From a virus (taxonomy: Duplodnaviria; Caudoviricetes), in IMG/VR virus record IMGVR_UViG_3300006030_000030, positions 1-62,866 of that record: 62,866 nucleotides of DNA. One strand, given 5' to 3'. A program made the position numbers and the translations under genes. Every line of letters begins with the position of its first letter. Position 1 is the first letter of the stretch. This document shows, one piece after another, positions 1 to 8,427 of this stretch. The notes below the pieces were generated by a model that saw only the letters and a list, made by a program, of their open reading frames with translations, made no database searches and had not been told where the DNA came from.

Positions 1-20
1 GCTGCTCTGGCAATACCGAG

Positions 21-44
21 AGGGCACCTTCGGGTGCCCTTTTT
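21..44 (+). terminator. Rho-independent terminator downstream of the major capsid gene (gene wraps round from the window end)
   Basis: AGGGCACC-TTCG-GGTGCCCT hairpin followed by a T run. Confidence 0.85.
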
Positions 45-50
45 ATTGGC

Positions 51-79
51 TGGACACTCTGGCGTAACACTGATATAAA
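51..79 (+). promoter_or_regulatory. Putative sigma70-type promoter
   Basis: TGGACA-17 bp-TATAAA with extended -10 TG, directly after the terminator. Confidence 0.5.
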
Positions 80-86
80 GACGCAA

Positions 87-161
87 CCCCGGAACACTTT
101 GGGTGGCAGACGGCCCGGGCCGACTTCATGCAGACTGCCCCTCACAACTCGCATGAGAGGA
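87..161 (+). ncRNA. Structured pseudoknotted leader RNA, probably the Mu-gpT-DE motif
   Basis: Three crossing pairings: 88-92/115-119, 105-109/135-139, 125-131/151-157. Lies downstream of a Mu gpT-like capsid gene. Family name is from recall. Confidence 0.5.
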
Positions 162-168
162 ATCTACG

Positions 169-888
169 ATGAGTGGTACGCACTATTCCGGCCCCCTGCT
201 GTATTCTGGCGCCAACAAAACCGACTATTTCGCAGGCATGGCCGATCTCCCCGTGAGCTTCAACCTGTCTACGTTCTCGCTCTTGGATGATTTTGTCGGT
301 GTTGCCATCGACACCACTAACAGCTGGACCGTGGTCAAAGACTCGGGTGCCGCTGTCGCCATCGTGGCAGACACGGTAGGCGGCGAAGTTGCGCTGACCT
401 CCACGGCTACCACGGACGACGACGGCGCCTCGATTCAGGGCAACGAAATCTTTTCGGTAGACGCTGACAAGGTCCTGTACTTCCAGACCCGGTTGAAGTG
501 CAACGACGCTGACCAGACCGACATCTGTGTCGGCCTGACTGTCAACTTCGCCACCAACCCGGAAGCCATGTTGACCGCTGCCGACCGCATCGTGTTTCAG
601 GTAAACGACGGCAACGCCTCTATCCTGTGCAAGACCGAAAAGGACGGCACTGAGACTTCCACGGATTCTTTGGTGGATCTGGAAGACAACACCTATGTGG
701 TGCTTGGATTTGCGGCCACCGGAACGGGAAGCGTTCAGTTCTTCATCAACGGCAAGCTGGTCGCAACGCACCTGACCGACATCCCGGATGATGAAAATCT
801 GGCACTGGCCGCAATGAGTGTTTCGGGCAGCGCCACGGGCACCCGTGCCACTACCCTTGACTACATCTTCGGCGCGCAGACCCGATAG
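169..888 (+). CDS. Putative virion protein (beta-rich, acidic)
   Basis: 239 aa ORF with GAGAGGA RBS, first gene after the capsid gene. Confidence 0.75.
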   Translation: MSGTHYSGPLLYSGANKTDYFAGMADLPVSFNLSTFSLLDDFVGVAIDTTNSWTVVKDSGAAVAIVADTVGGEVALTSTATTDDDGASIQGNEIFSVDADKVLYFQTRLKCNDADQTDICVGLTVNFATNPEAMLTAADRIVFQVNDGNASILCKTEKDGTETSTDSLVDLEDNTYVVLGFAATGTGSVQFFINGKLVATHLTDIPDDENLALAAMSVSGSATGTRATTLDYIFGAQTR

Positions 889-896
889 GGGGAGCC

Positions 897-1199
897 ATGA
901 GCTTCAGTAATATCCAATCGGTGACCAAGACGGCAGATGCGTCTGCTGTGGTTGGGCGCACTCGGGTGGTGGGGGTGTACTTCACCTGCACCAACACGGC
1001 AGCGTCTTTCGTCTTGAAAGACGGCACCACGTCAGCAGGCACAGGCAAGATGACAGTTACGACTCCGGCAGCCGCCGGTGCGTACGACATCATCATCCCA
1101 GACATGGGCATCCTGTTTGAAGACGGGGTGTTCATTGATGTCAGCAGTGTTGAAGTAACCAGTGTGACCCTGCTGTTTGAAGGCGGAGCGGCTGCCTAA
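897..1199 (+). CDS. Putative small virion protein
   Basis: 100 aa, GGGGAG RBS, in the structural operon. Confidence 0.75.
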   Translation: MSFSNIQSVTKTADASAVVGRTRVVGVYFTCTNTAASFVLKDGTTSAGTGKMTVTTPAAAGAYDIIIPDMGILFEDGVFIDVSSVEVTSVTLLFEGGAAA

Positions 1200-1489
1200 T
1201 GGCAACCAAAAGCAAGGGCATGGGCATCAAGACCTCGGTCAAGAGCGGTAATTTCCGCCCGACCAAGTCTGGGGCAGGCATGACGGAGAAGGGCGTGGCG
1301 GCGTACCGCAAGGCCAACCCCGGAAGCAAGCTCAAGACAGCGGTGACTGAAGACAACCCATCCCCTGCTCGCGCCAAGCGCCGCAAGTCATTCTGCGCGC
1401 GCTCTGCTGGTCAGATGCGTGATTTCCCAGAAGCAGCAAAAGACCCCAACAGCAGGCTTCGGCAGGCGCGGCGCAGGTGGAAATGTTGA
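1199..1489 (+). CDS. Small basic phage protein (RRKSFCAR motif, DUF6321-like)
   Basis: 96 aa, K/R-rich, stop/start overlap with neighbours. Confidence 0.75.
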   Translation: MATKSKGMGIKTSVKSGNFRPTKSGAGMTEKGVAAYRKANPGSKLKTAVTEDNPSPARAKRRKSFCARSAGQMRDFPEAAKDPNSRLRQARRRWKC

Positions 1490-1683
1490 TGAAGAAGGCC
1501 GCTCCCCAAAAGTCCAAGGTCAACGCGGCAGGCAACTACACGAAGCCTGCGCTTCGGGAGCGCCTCTTCAACCAGATCAAGGGGCAAGCTGTTCAAGGCA
1601 CCCGCGCAGGACAGTGGAGCGCCCGTAAGGCACAGCTGCTGGCCAAGAAGTACAAGGAAGCCGGAGGAGGCTACCGAGACTGA
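1489..1683 (+). CDS. Small basic phage protein (GQWSARKAQL..Y..AGGGY)
   Basis: Coupled TGATG junctions; motif familiar from aquatic phages. Confidence 0.7.
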   Translation: MKKAAPQKSKVNAAGNYTKPALRERLFNQIKGQAVQGTRAGQWSARKAQLLAKKYKEAGGGYRD

Positions 1684-1925
1684 TGAAGAAGACGCAGCAG
1701 TCATTGAAGCAATGGACTGACCAAAAGTGGCGCACCAAGTCTGGAAAGCCATCGAGCAAGACCGGGGAGCGGTACCTTCCGGAGGCCGCCATCAATGCCC
1801 TGACCCCGGCGGAATATGCAGCCACTTCTCGCAAGAAGCGGGAAGACACCAGCAAGGGAAAGCAGTTTTCGAAGCAGCCTAAAAAGATCGCAAGTAAAGT
1901 GCGTAGCTACAGGAGCAAGTCATGA
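1683..1925 (+). CDS. Small basic phage protein (DUF5872-like, KWRTKSGK..GERYLP)
   Basis: 80 aa, coupled to the upstream gene. Confidence 0.7.
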   Translation: MKKTQQSLKQWTDQKWRTKSGKPSSKTGERYLPEAAINALTPAEYAATSRKKREDTSKGKQFSKQPKKIASKVRSYRSKS

Positions 1926-2095
1926 AGAACAAGATGAAGATGGTCGAGAAGAATGGCAAGAAGGTTCCTGCTTTCGCTGCTGACGGCGTAGGCAAGATGA
2001 AGAAGGGCGGCATGGCCTCGGACGACATGGGCCGTGCCGTGAAGCGTAAAACTGCGGACGTTAAGGGCCGCGCTATGAAGACAAGAGGTAAGTAA
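1922..2095 (+). CDS. Small Met/Lys/Gly-rich basic protein (57 aa, not in the ORF track)
   Basis: Translated by hand: MKNKMKMVEKNGKKVPAFAADGVGKMKKGG...; ATGA overlap; fills the gap between genes. Confidence 0.7.
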   Translation: MKNKMKMVEKNGKKVPAFAADGVGKMKKGGMASDDMGRAVKRKTADVKGRAMKTRGK

Positions 2096-2096
2096 A

Positions 2097-2312
2097 ATGG
2101 CTGGACGTGGAATGGGTGCCGCTACCAAAGGCGGCGGTTGCGTTGAAAGTGGCCCGAAAAACCGCATGGTTTCCGAAACCAGCCGAAAGACAGGCCCTGT
2201 CATGATGAAGAAGGGTGGCATGGCCATCAATCAGCACAAGAAGATGGCGATGGGCATGATGGGCGGCGGCATGGCCAAGAAGTACCGCAAAGGCGGCATG
2301 GCGTGTGACTGA
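2097..2312 (+). CDS. Small Met/Lys/Gly-rich basic protein with KGG repeats
   Basis: 71 aa; MKKGG and YRKGG motifs; GAGGT RBS. Confidence 0.7.
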   Translation: MAGRGMGAATKGGGCVESGPKNRMVSETSRKTGPVMMKKGGMAINQHKKMAMGMMGGGMAKKYRKGGMACD

Positions 2313-2977
2313 TGGCAACTTCAGGAACGACGGACTTCAATCTCAACATAGATGATCTTGTTGAGGAATCGTTTGAGCGGTGTGGCATGAGGATGACCTC
2401 TGGCTACCAGCTCACCTCTGCCCGTCGTTCCTTGAATTTGCTGTTTCTTGACTGGGCCAACAGGGGCTTAAACCTCTGGACCATCGAGGAAGCCACGTAT
2501 GCGCTGGTGCAGGGCAGCCGTGAGCTGACGCTGCCGACGGACACGGTCAACGTCTTGTCTGCGGTTATTCGATTGACGCAACAAGGCCAGCAGACAGACA
2601 TCACCGTGGACCGCATAAGCCGCGAGGATTATTTGGAGCTCCCTGACAAGCTGACGCAGGCCCGTCCGGCGCAGTACTACGTTCAGCGGGCCAACCCCAC
2701 AAAAGTGTTCTTGTACCCTGCTGCCGATCAGCCTTATACGTTCGTCTACTACAGGATTCGTCGAATTCAAGATGCCGGTGGTTACACCAACACGGCGGAT
2801 GTCAACTTCCGGTTTTTGCCGTGCCTTGTGTCGGGGTTGGCATATATGCTTTCCTTGAAGTTTGCACCAGAGCGAACCGCGGGCCTCAAGCAGTTGTACG
2901 AAGAAGATTTCCAGCGTGCCGCACTAGAGGACAGGGACACCGCAAGCATTCATCTTGTTCCAGACTTCGGGGGGTGA
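2312..2977 (+). CDS. Putative head-tail adaptor/connector protein
   Basis: 221 aa; motif ARRSLNLLF.DWANRGLNLW; position in the operon. Confidence 0.65.
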   Translation: MATSGTTDFNLNIDDLVEESFERCGMRMTSGYQLTSARRSLNLLFLDWANRGLNLWTIEEATYALVQGSRELTLPTDTVNVLSAVIRLTQQGQQTDITVDRISREDYLELPDKLTQARPAQYYVQRANPTKVFLYPAADQPYTFVYYRIRRIQDAGGYTNTADVNFRFLPCLVSGLAYMLSLKFAPERTAGLKQLYEEDFQRAALEDRDTASIHLVPDFGG

Positions 2978-2978
2978 G

Positions 2979-3329
2979 ATGGCATTTGCAACAGGCAAGT
3001 TCTCCTTCGGCCTTTGTGACTACTGTGGCCAGCGCTACCCCTATCAAGTTCTGCGCAAGAACTGGCGTGGCTTCATGGTGTGTCCTGAAGACTACGAGCC
3101 GAAAGAGCCCCAGCTGGATCCCTTGAACTACCGCGGTGACGCGATAGCCCTAAGAGATCCCAGACCTGATAGAATTGAACCCGTGGTAGTGTACTTGGGA
3201 GTCCCTGCTGACTCTGCATTCCAGAGCATCGGCAGCGCCACCAATACCGTGAACATGAGGCCATTCCCGCAGCAGAATGCTGTTCTGGGAGTGGGTCAAG
3301 TAGGCCGTGTGACCATAGTGATAACCTGA
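2979..3329 (+). CDS. Conserved phage protein with CxxC motif
   Basis: CDYCGQRYP...CPEDYEPKEPQ; ATG at 2979 after GGGGTG. Confidence 0.7.
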   Translation: MAFATGKFSFGLCDYCGQRYPYQVLRKNWRGFMVCPEDYEPKEPQLDPLNYRGDAIALRDPRPDRIEPVVVYLGVPADSAFQSIGSATNTVNMRPFPQQNAVLGVGQVGRVTIVIT

Positions 3330-3985
3330 TGACATACGACGAGCTGGTTACAAATATTCGGAACTACACCGAGGTCGACAGCAACGTGTTCACCAACGCG
3401 GTGATCAACACGTTCATCACCATGGCCGAGAACCGGATCCTGCGGGACATTGATCTGGACGTGTTCAAAAAAGAATCCACGGGCACGATGACCAGTGGCA
3501 ACAAGTTCCTGAGCGCCCCGAGTGACATCTTGACTCATCGGTACATGATGATCACGAACTCTGGGGATCAGATATTCTTGGACTTCCGAGACACGTCGTT
3601 CATGAAGGAGTACTGGGCAGACGGCTCTGAGACAGGCGTGCCGAAGTACTACTCGGTCTGGGACCAGAATACCTTCTACGTGGCGCCGACGCCGAACAGC
3701 AATTACTCAGTGGAGCTGGGCTACATCTATCGGCCGGCGCAGCTGTCCTCGACCAATCCGACCACGTGGATCAGCAACAATGCTCCCGAGGCCCTCCTGT
3801 ATGCCTGCCTGATTCAGGCCTACAGCTACACGAAGGGCCCGACAGAGATGCTGAATTTCTTCACGGCAAGTTACCAGCAAGCGATTCAGGGTCTGGGTAT
3901 CGAGCAGCAGGGTCGCCGTCGCCGTGACGAGTACCGTGACGGCATGATTCGCCTGCCTGTAAAATCAGAATCACCGGGGCCATAA
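3329..3985 (+). CDS. Putative head-tail adaptor / tail tubular protein A-like
   Basis: 218 aa; GVPKYY..PTP..Y.VEL.Y and ALLYACL pattern typical of podovirus adaptors. Confidence 0.65.
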   Translation: MTYDELVTNIRNYTEVDSNVFTNAVINTFITMAENRILRDIDLDVFKKESTGTMTSGNKFLSAPSDILTHRYMMITNSGDQIFLDFRDTSFMKEYWADGSETGVPKYYSVWDQNTFYVAPTPNSNYSVELGYIYRPAQLSSTNPTTWISNNAPEALLYACLIQAYSYTKGPTEMLNFFTASYQQAIQGLGIEQQGRRRRDEYRDGMIRLPVKSESPGP

Positions 3986-3988
3986 AAC

Positions 3989-4276
3989 ATGATCAGTACT
4001 ATTGGCGGTGCGGAGCTGGGGGAAGTAAAAGCCATGTTGGTCTCTGGCCGTGGTTTTACCCCGGAAGAAGTGGCCGAGCAGGCGCTTAACAAGATCATCT
4101 CAGTTGGCGGTAACAGTCACCCTGTCATCCGTGATCAGGCTGAGGCGTTCAAAAATGAAATACGTGGGGTGCTAGTTCACTACATGCGACAGGCCGTGAG
4201 GTCTAACCACACTACGTTGGCAAACCGTTTCCGCGCCGCTGGGCACCCGGAACTTGTGAAATTACTGGAGAGTTAA
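3989..4276 (+). CDS. Conserved hypothetical phage protein
   Basis: 95 aa ORF in the operon. Confidence 0.7.
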   Translation: MISTIGGAELGEVKAMLVSGRGFTPEEVAEQALNKIISVGGNSHPVIRDQAEAFKNEIRGVLVHYMRQAVRSNHTTLANRFRAAGHPELVKLLES

Positions 4277-4277
4277 C

Positions 4278-4736
4278 ATGGCTATTACCGTCACTACCGC
4301 AATGCCCACCAGCTTCAAAGTTGAGTTGCTCAAGGGTTTGCACGACTTTACGGCGTCTACTGGCGATACATTTAAGATCGCTTTGCTGAAATCTGCTTCT
4401 GCAGGTAGCGGCACTTATGGCGCTGCGAGCACCAACTATTCCAACATCACCGGCAACAGCGACGAGGCCAGCGGCACCGGCTACACGGCTGGTGGTAACA
4501 CGCTTACCAACGTCACTCCGACTTCTGACGGCACCACTGCGATCACTGACTTTGCTGATACTACGTGGTCCAGCGCGTCGTTCACTACTTGTGGGGCGAT
4601 GATCTATAACACCAACAACTCAAACTCTGCGTGTGCGGTGTTGAGCTTTGGTGGAGATCAGACTGTGAGTTCCGGTGACTTCCAGATTCAGTTCCCTGCA
4701 GCAGCTGCAGCTACGGCGATCATTCGTATTGCGTGA
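4278..4736 (+). CDS. Putative tail structural protein
   Basis: 152 aa; TFKIAL..GTGYTAGG..L; GGAG RBS. Confidence 0.7.
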   Translation: MAITVTTAMPTSFKVELLKGLHDFTASTGDTFKIALLKSASAGSGTYGAASTNYSNITGNSDEASGTGYTAGGNTLTNVTPTSDGTTAITDFADTTWSSASFTTCGAMIYNTNNSNSACAVLSFGGDQTVSSGDFQIQFPAAAAATAIIRIA

Positions 4737-4744
4737 GGTAAGTT

Positions 4745-5413
4745 ATGGCGCTGGTTCTTAAAGACAGAGTAAAAGAGACCTCGACTACGGCGGGTACAGG
4801 CACGCTTACGCTGGCCGGAGCCGTAGCGGGGTATCAGTCTTTTTCCGTAATCGGCGACAGTAACACTACCTATTATGCAATTGTTGATGGGACGGCCAAT
4901 ACGTGGGAAATAGGTATTGGTACCTATACGGCTAGCGGTACGACCCTTTCTAGGGATACGGTCCTTGAGTCTAGTAGCGGTGGAAGTGCGGTTTCTTTTT
5001 CCTCTAACTCCAAAGATGTTTTTGTAACTTATCCGGCGGAACGCGCTGTCGCTACTGACGCCACGCAAACTCTTTCGGGTAAAACAATTACAAACCTAGT
5101 GTTTGACGGTAATTACACTGAAGACGTATTTACTATTTCTGACGGTGCTTCGGTTGATTTAAATCCAGCTAACGGAACTATCCAATTATGGACGTTGGGG
5201 GCAAACCGATCACCTACGGCATCTTCGTTTGCTTCTGGGCAATCCATGTCATTGATGATTGACGATGGTAGTGCGTACACCATTACATGGCCTAGCGTAA
5301 CTTGGAAGACAGACGGGGGAGTCGCCCCCACTTTACAAACTACAGGGTATACGATAGTCCAACTTTGGAAAGTAAGCACCACGCTTTACGGCGCTAGGGT
5401 CGGTGATGCGTAA
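4745..5413 (+). CDS. Tail fibre N-terminal/anchor-like protein
   Basis: LKDRVKETSTTAGTG..WEIGIGTY..LSRDTV head motif of tail appendage proteins. Confidence 0.65.
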   Translation: MALVLKDRVKETSTTAGTGTLTLAGAVAGYQSFSVIGDSNTTYYAIVDGTANTWEIGIGTYTASGTTLSRDTVLESSSGGSAVSFSSNSKDVFVTYPAERAVATDATQTLSGKTITNLVFDGNYTEDVFTISDGASVDLNPANGTIQLWTLGANRSPTASSFASGQSMSLMIDDGSAYTITWPSVTWKTDGGVAPTLQTTGYTIVQLWKVSTTLYGARVGDA

Positions 5414-6984
5414 TGCTTACCGGGAAACTACTTAGCGTTACGCAGCAGCCAGCTACTTGGAGTTTAGCTTCCTACTCAGATTTATATGTACAGCAGTTTT
5501 CTGTTACTTCGCAAGAGGGTATTCCCCAAGGGTTATTTTTTAAGCCTGACGGTACAAAAATGTACATAGTAGGAAGTGGGGGGGACGAAGTTAATGAGTA
5601 CACTCTTTCTTCTGCGTGGGATATACAGACAGCTAGTTTCGTTCAATTATTTTCAGTAGCTTCACAAGATACTATTCCGCAAGGATTGTTTTTTACATCC
5701 GATGGGTTGGGTATGTATGTGGTCGGGCAAACTAACGACAATGTGTACCAGTATTCTCTAGGTACCGCATGGAATATAAGTACTGCAAGTTATGTAAGAA
5801 GTTTTTCTGTAGCAACACAAGACACTACCCCGACTGACGTTTTCTTCAAACCCGACGGTACAAAGATGTATGTTTTGGGGAACTCAGGGAACGACGTTAA
5901 TGAGTACACATTATCTACCGCATGGGATATAAGCACAGCTAGTTACGTGCAAGTGTTTTCGGTATCTGCGCAAGATACCAATCCGGAGGGGTTGTTTTTT
6001 ACTTCTGATGGGCTAGGGATGTATGTAGTTGGTTCGATTAACCTTAGTGTGTATCAGTACTCTCTGGGTACCGCATGGAATATAAGTACGGCCAGTTATA
6101 TCAGGACTCTTTCTATAGCTTCAGCTGAAGGGTCGCCTAGCGGACTTTCGTTTTCTACTGACGGTACTCAGTTATATGTAGTGGGAACTGAGTTTGATAC
6201 CGTATCTAGGTTTTTGCTTACCACTGCGTGGAACATAGGTTCAGCCAAAGTTCCTACCTCAATGTCTACTGGTTCGCAGTCCAGTGGGGGGCGAGCAATT
6301 TCGTTCAAGCCAGATGGAACAGTTTTGTATCGCGTGGCAACCAGCAATGACGCAGTGTACGAATACAGCCTATCAACACCGTGGGATATAACTACGTCTA
6401 CCTATGTACGTAGTGTTTCTGTGGCTTCACAGGATACTGTCCCCACCGGGTTGTTTTTCAAGCCGGACGGACTAAAGATGTACATGGTGGGGCAAACAAA
6501 TGACACTGTACGGGAATACACATTAGCTACTGCATGGGATGTAAGCACTGCTACGTACAGCCAAGGTTTTTCTGTGGCAACACAAGAGGGCGCACCAACT
6601 GCGCTTCAGTTCAAAGCTGACGGCACAAAAATGTACGTTATGGGTTCTGTAGGAGATAATGTCAACGAATATAATCTCTCTACGGCGTGGGACATAAGTA
6701 CAGCCAGTTATGTGCAAGTGTTTTCAGTGGCAACTCAGGAAACACTCCCGACTTCGCTGTTTTTTAAACCGGACGGCACCGTGATGTACGTTGGGGGGGG
6801 TACGCTTAAACTGTATCAATACGGACTCGCCACACCGTGGGATGTTAGTACAGCAAGTTATTCGGGTCAGAGTTTTGCGTTTGAGCCTTCTGGTCCTGCT
6901 TCAGCAGCGGGGATTGCGTTTAATGACATAGGGTCTAGGCTGTTTATAGCTGCGGCCACGTTGGTGTATCAATTTTCGCTGTAA
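5413..6984 (+). CDS. Beta-propeller repeat protein, putative receptor-binding tail protein
   Basis: About ten repeats of (F)KPDGTKMY..G...V.EY.L.TAWDISTAS. Confidence 0.75.
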   Translation: MLTGKLLSVTQQPATWSLASYSDLYVQQFSVTSQEGIPQGLFFKPDGTKMYIVGSGGDEVNEYTLSSAWDIQTASFVQLFSVASQDTIPQGLFFTSDGLGMYVVGQTNDNVYQYSLGTAWNISTASYVRSFSVATQDTTPTDVFFKPDGTKMYVLGNSGNDVNEYTLSTAWDISTASYVQVFSVSAQDTNPEGLFFTSDGLGMYVVGSINLSVYQYSLGTAWNISTASYIRTLSIASAEGSPSGLSFSTDGTQLYVVGTEFDTVSRFLLTTAWNIGSAKVPTSMSTGSQSSGGRAISFKPDGTVLYRVATSNDAVYEYSLSTPWDITTSTYVRSVSVASQDTVPTGLFFKPDGLKMYMVGQTNDTVREYTLATAWDVSTATYSQGFSVATQEGAPTALQFKADGTKMYVMGSVGDNVNEYNLSTAWDISTASYVQVFSVATQETLPTSLFFKPDGTVMYVGGGTLKLYQYGLATPWDVSTASYSGQSFAFEPSGPASAAGIAFNDIGSRLFIAAATLVYQFSL

Positions 6985-6995
6985 GGGTTTTTATT

Positions 6996-7433
6996 ATGTA
7001 CGCAAAGCTATTGGCAGATGGGTCTATCAAAGCTCCTTACTACTTAGTTGATCTACAACGAGATTACCCCCACACTTCGTTCCCTTCGACTATTACCCAA
7101 GCCGTGCTAGATGAGTTTGGTGTAGCGGTAGTTTCAGAAACGCCGCCTCCCGAAGTAGATTTGGCAACAAGTCGGGCAACGTATACTGTAGTTCGTAACG
7201 AAGGTAAGTACCAACAGGTATGGGAGGTAACACACCTACCAGTGGAAACTGCCTCTCAGAATGTAAGAGAGCGGCGCGACGATAAATTACGAGCATCAGA
7301 CTGGACGCAGATACCGGACGCTACCGTCAATCAAACTTCTTGGGCTTCGTATAGGCAGGCGTTGAGAGATGTTCCCCAGCAAGCGGGATTTCCTTTTTCT
7401 GTAGTGTGGCCCAACCCCCCAACAGGACTTTAA
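6996..7433 (+). CDS. Tail fibre assembly chaperone
   Basis: C-terminal R..L.ASDWTQ.PD..W..YRQALRDVPQQ.GFP..V.WP motif. Confidence 0.8.
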   Translation: MYAKLLADGSIKAPYYLVDLQRDYPHTSFPSTITQAVLDEFGVAVVSETPPPEVDLATSRATYTVVRNEGKYQQVWEVTHLPVETASQNVRERRDDKLRASDWTQIPDATVNQTSWASYRQALRDVPQQAGFPFSVVWPNPPTGL

Positions 7434-8417
7434 ATGTTCGGGTTCAGTAGCTTTTCAGAGGTACCTTTTGCATCCCTACCTACCTCTGGGGGCGCTGTTA
7501 CGGTCGCAGTTACTGGAGTTTCCGGTACCGGTGCGGCAGGCGATGTATCTATCCAAGTAACTGGAGCTGTTGTAGTTCCTTTGGGGGGATGGGGACGCGC
7601 CGGATGGGGAGAGCTTCCTTTTGGTACCGGCTCTGTTTCCGTTGCGGGACAGGGCCAAGTTGGCATTGTTACAACAGCCGTAAATCGTTCGATTGCCGTT
7701 ACTGGGGTTGAAGGCACTGGTGCAGTTGGTAGTGTTACGTTTGACGTGACGTTTGCTGTCCAAGGAGTTTTTGGGACTGGCGCAGTATCTACTCCGCTAC
7801 CTTTGATTGCGCTGACCCCTACAGGGGTTCAAGGCACTGGCGAGGTTGGTGCTGCTTCTGTAGTAAACACTGCTACACCCGTCGGCGTAAGTGGACAAGG
7901 TGCAGTTGGTGACGTCACTGTTCGTGCAGGGCTCTTGGTTGAAGTCACTGGCGTTTCTGGTACTGGCGCTGTAGGGGACGTAGTTCTTTCGTTTGGTAAA
8001 ACTATAGTTCCAGTAGGGGTATCCGGTACCGGAGAGGTCGGCACTCCAACGCTGTCTATAAACTCCAGCGTTGTTCCTGTAGGGGTAAGTGGACAAGGTG
8101 CAATAGGGGACGTAGCTCTCGTATACGACGCGTTTGTCCAAGTTACTGGGGTGCAAGGCACTGGGGCAGTAGACAACGTAAGCACAGGTATAGGTAAGAC
8201 TGTAATACCTACAGGAGTTTTTTGTAGCGGGGCTGTTGGTACTGTATCATTTAAGATAAGCGATTTAGTAATCCCCGTAGGCGTGCAGGGTGTTGGTGCA
8301 GTAGGACAGGTTAGGATACGCGGGTGGACGGAAGTCAACGATGCGCAGAACGCGAATTGGATTGAAGTAAATGACGCTCAGACCCCGAACTGGGTCGAGG
8401 TAGACGTGGCGGCTTGA
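7434..8417 (+). CDS. Gly/Val/Thr-rich repeat tail protein
   Basis: Repeated (V/P)(T/V)GV.G.GAVG.V units. Confidence 0.7.
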   Translation: MFGFSSFSEVPFASLPTSGGAVTVAVTGVSGTGAAGDVSIQVTGAVVVPLGGWGRAGWGELPFGTGSVSVAGQGQVGIVTTAVNRSIAVTGVEGTGAVGSVTFDVTFAVQGVFGTGAVSTPLPLIALTPTGVQGTGEVGAASVVNTATPVGVSGQGAVGDVTVRAGLLVEVTGVSGTGAVGDVVLSFGKTIVPVGVSGTGEVGTPTLSINSSVVPVGVSGQGAIGDVALVYDAFVQVTGVQGTGAVDNVSTGIGKTVIPTGVFCSGAVGTVSFKISDLVIPVGVQGVGAVGQVRIRGWTEVNDAQNANWIEVNDAQTPNWVEVDVAA

Positions 8418-8427
8418 GGAATATTTT

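Noticed and set aside
5413-6984. Near-identical DNA repeats in the propeller gene as a diversification system
   Set aside because: They match protein blade repeats; no invertase, reverse transcriptase or recombination sites are evident.
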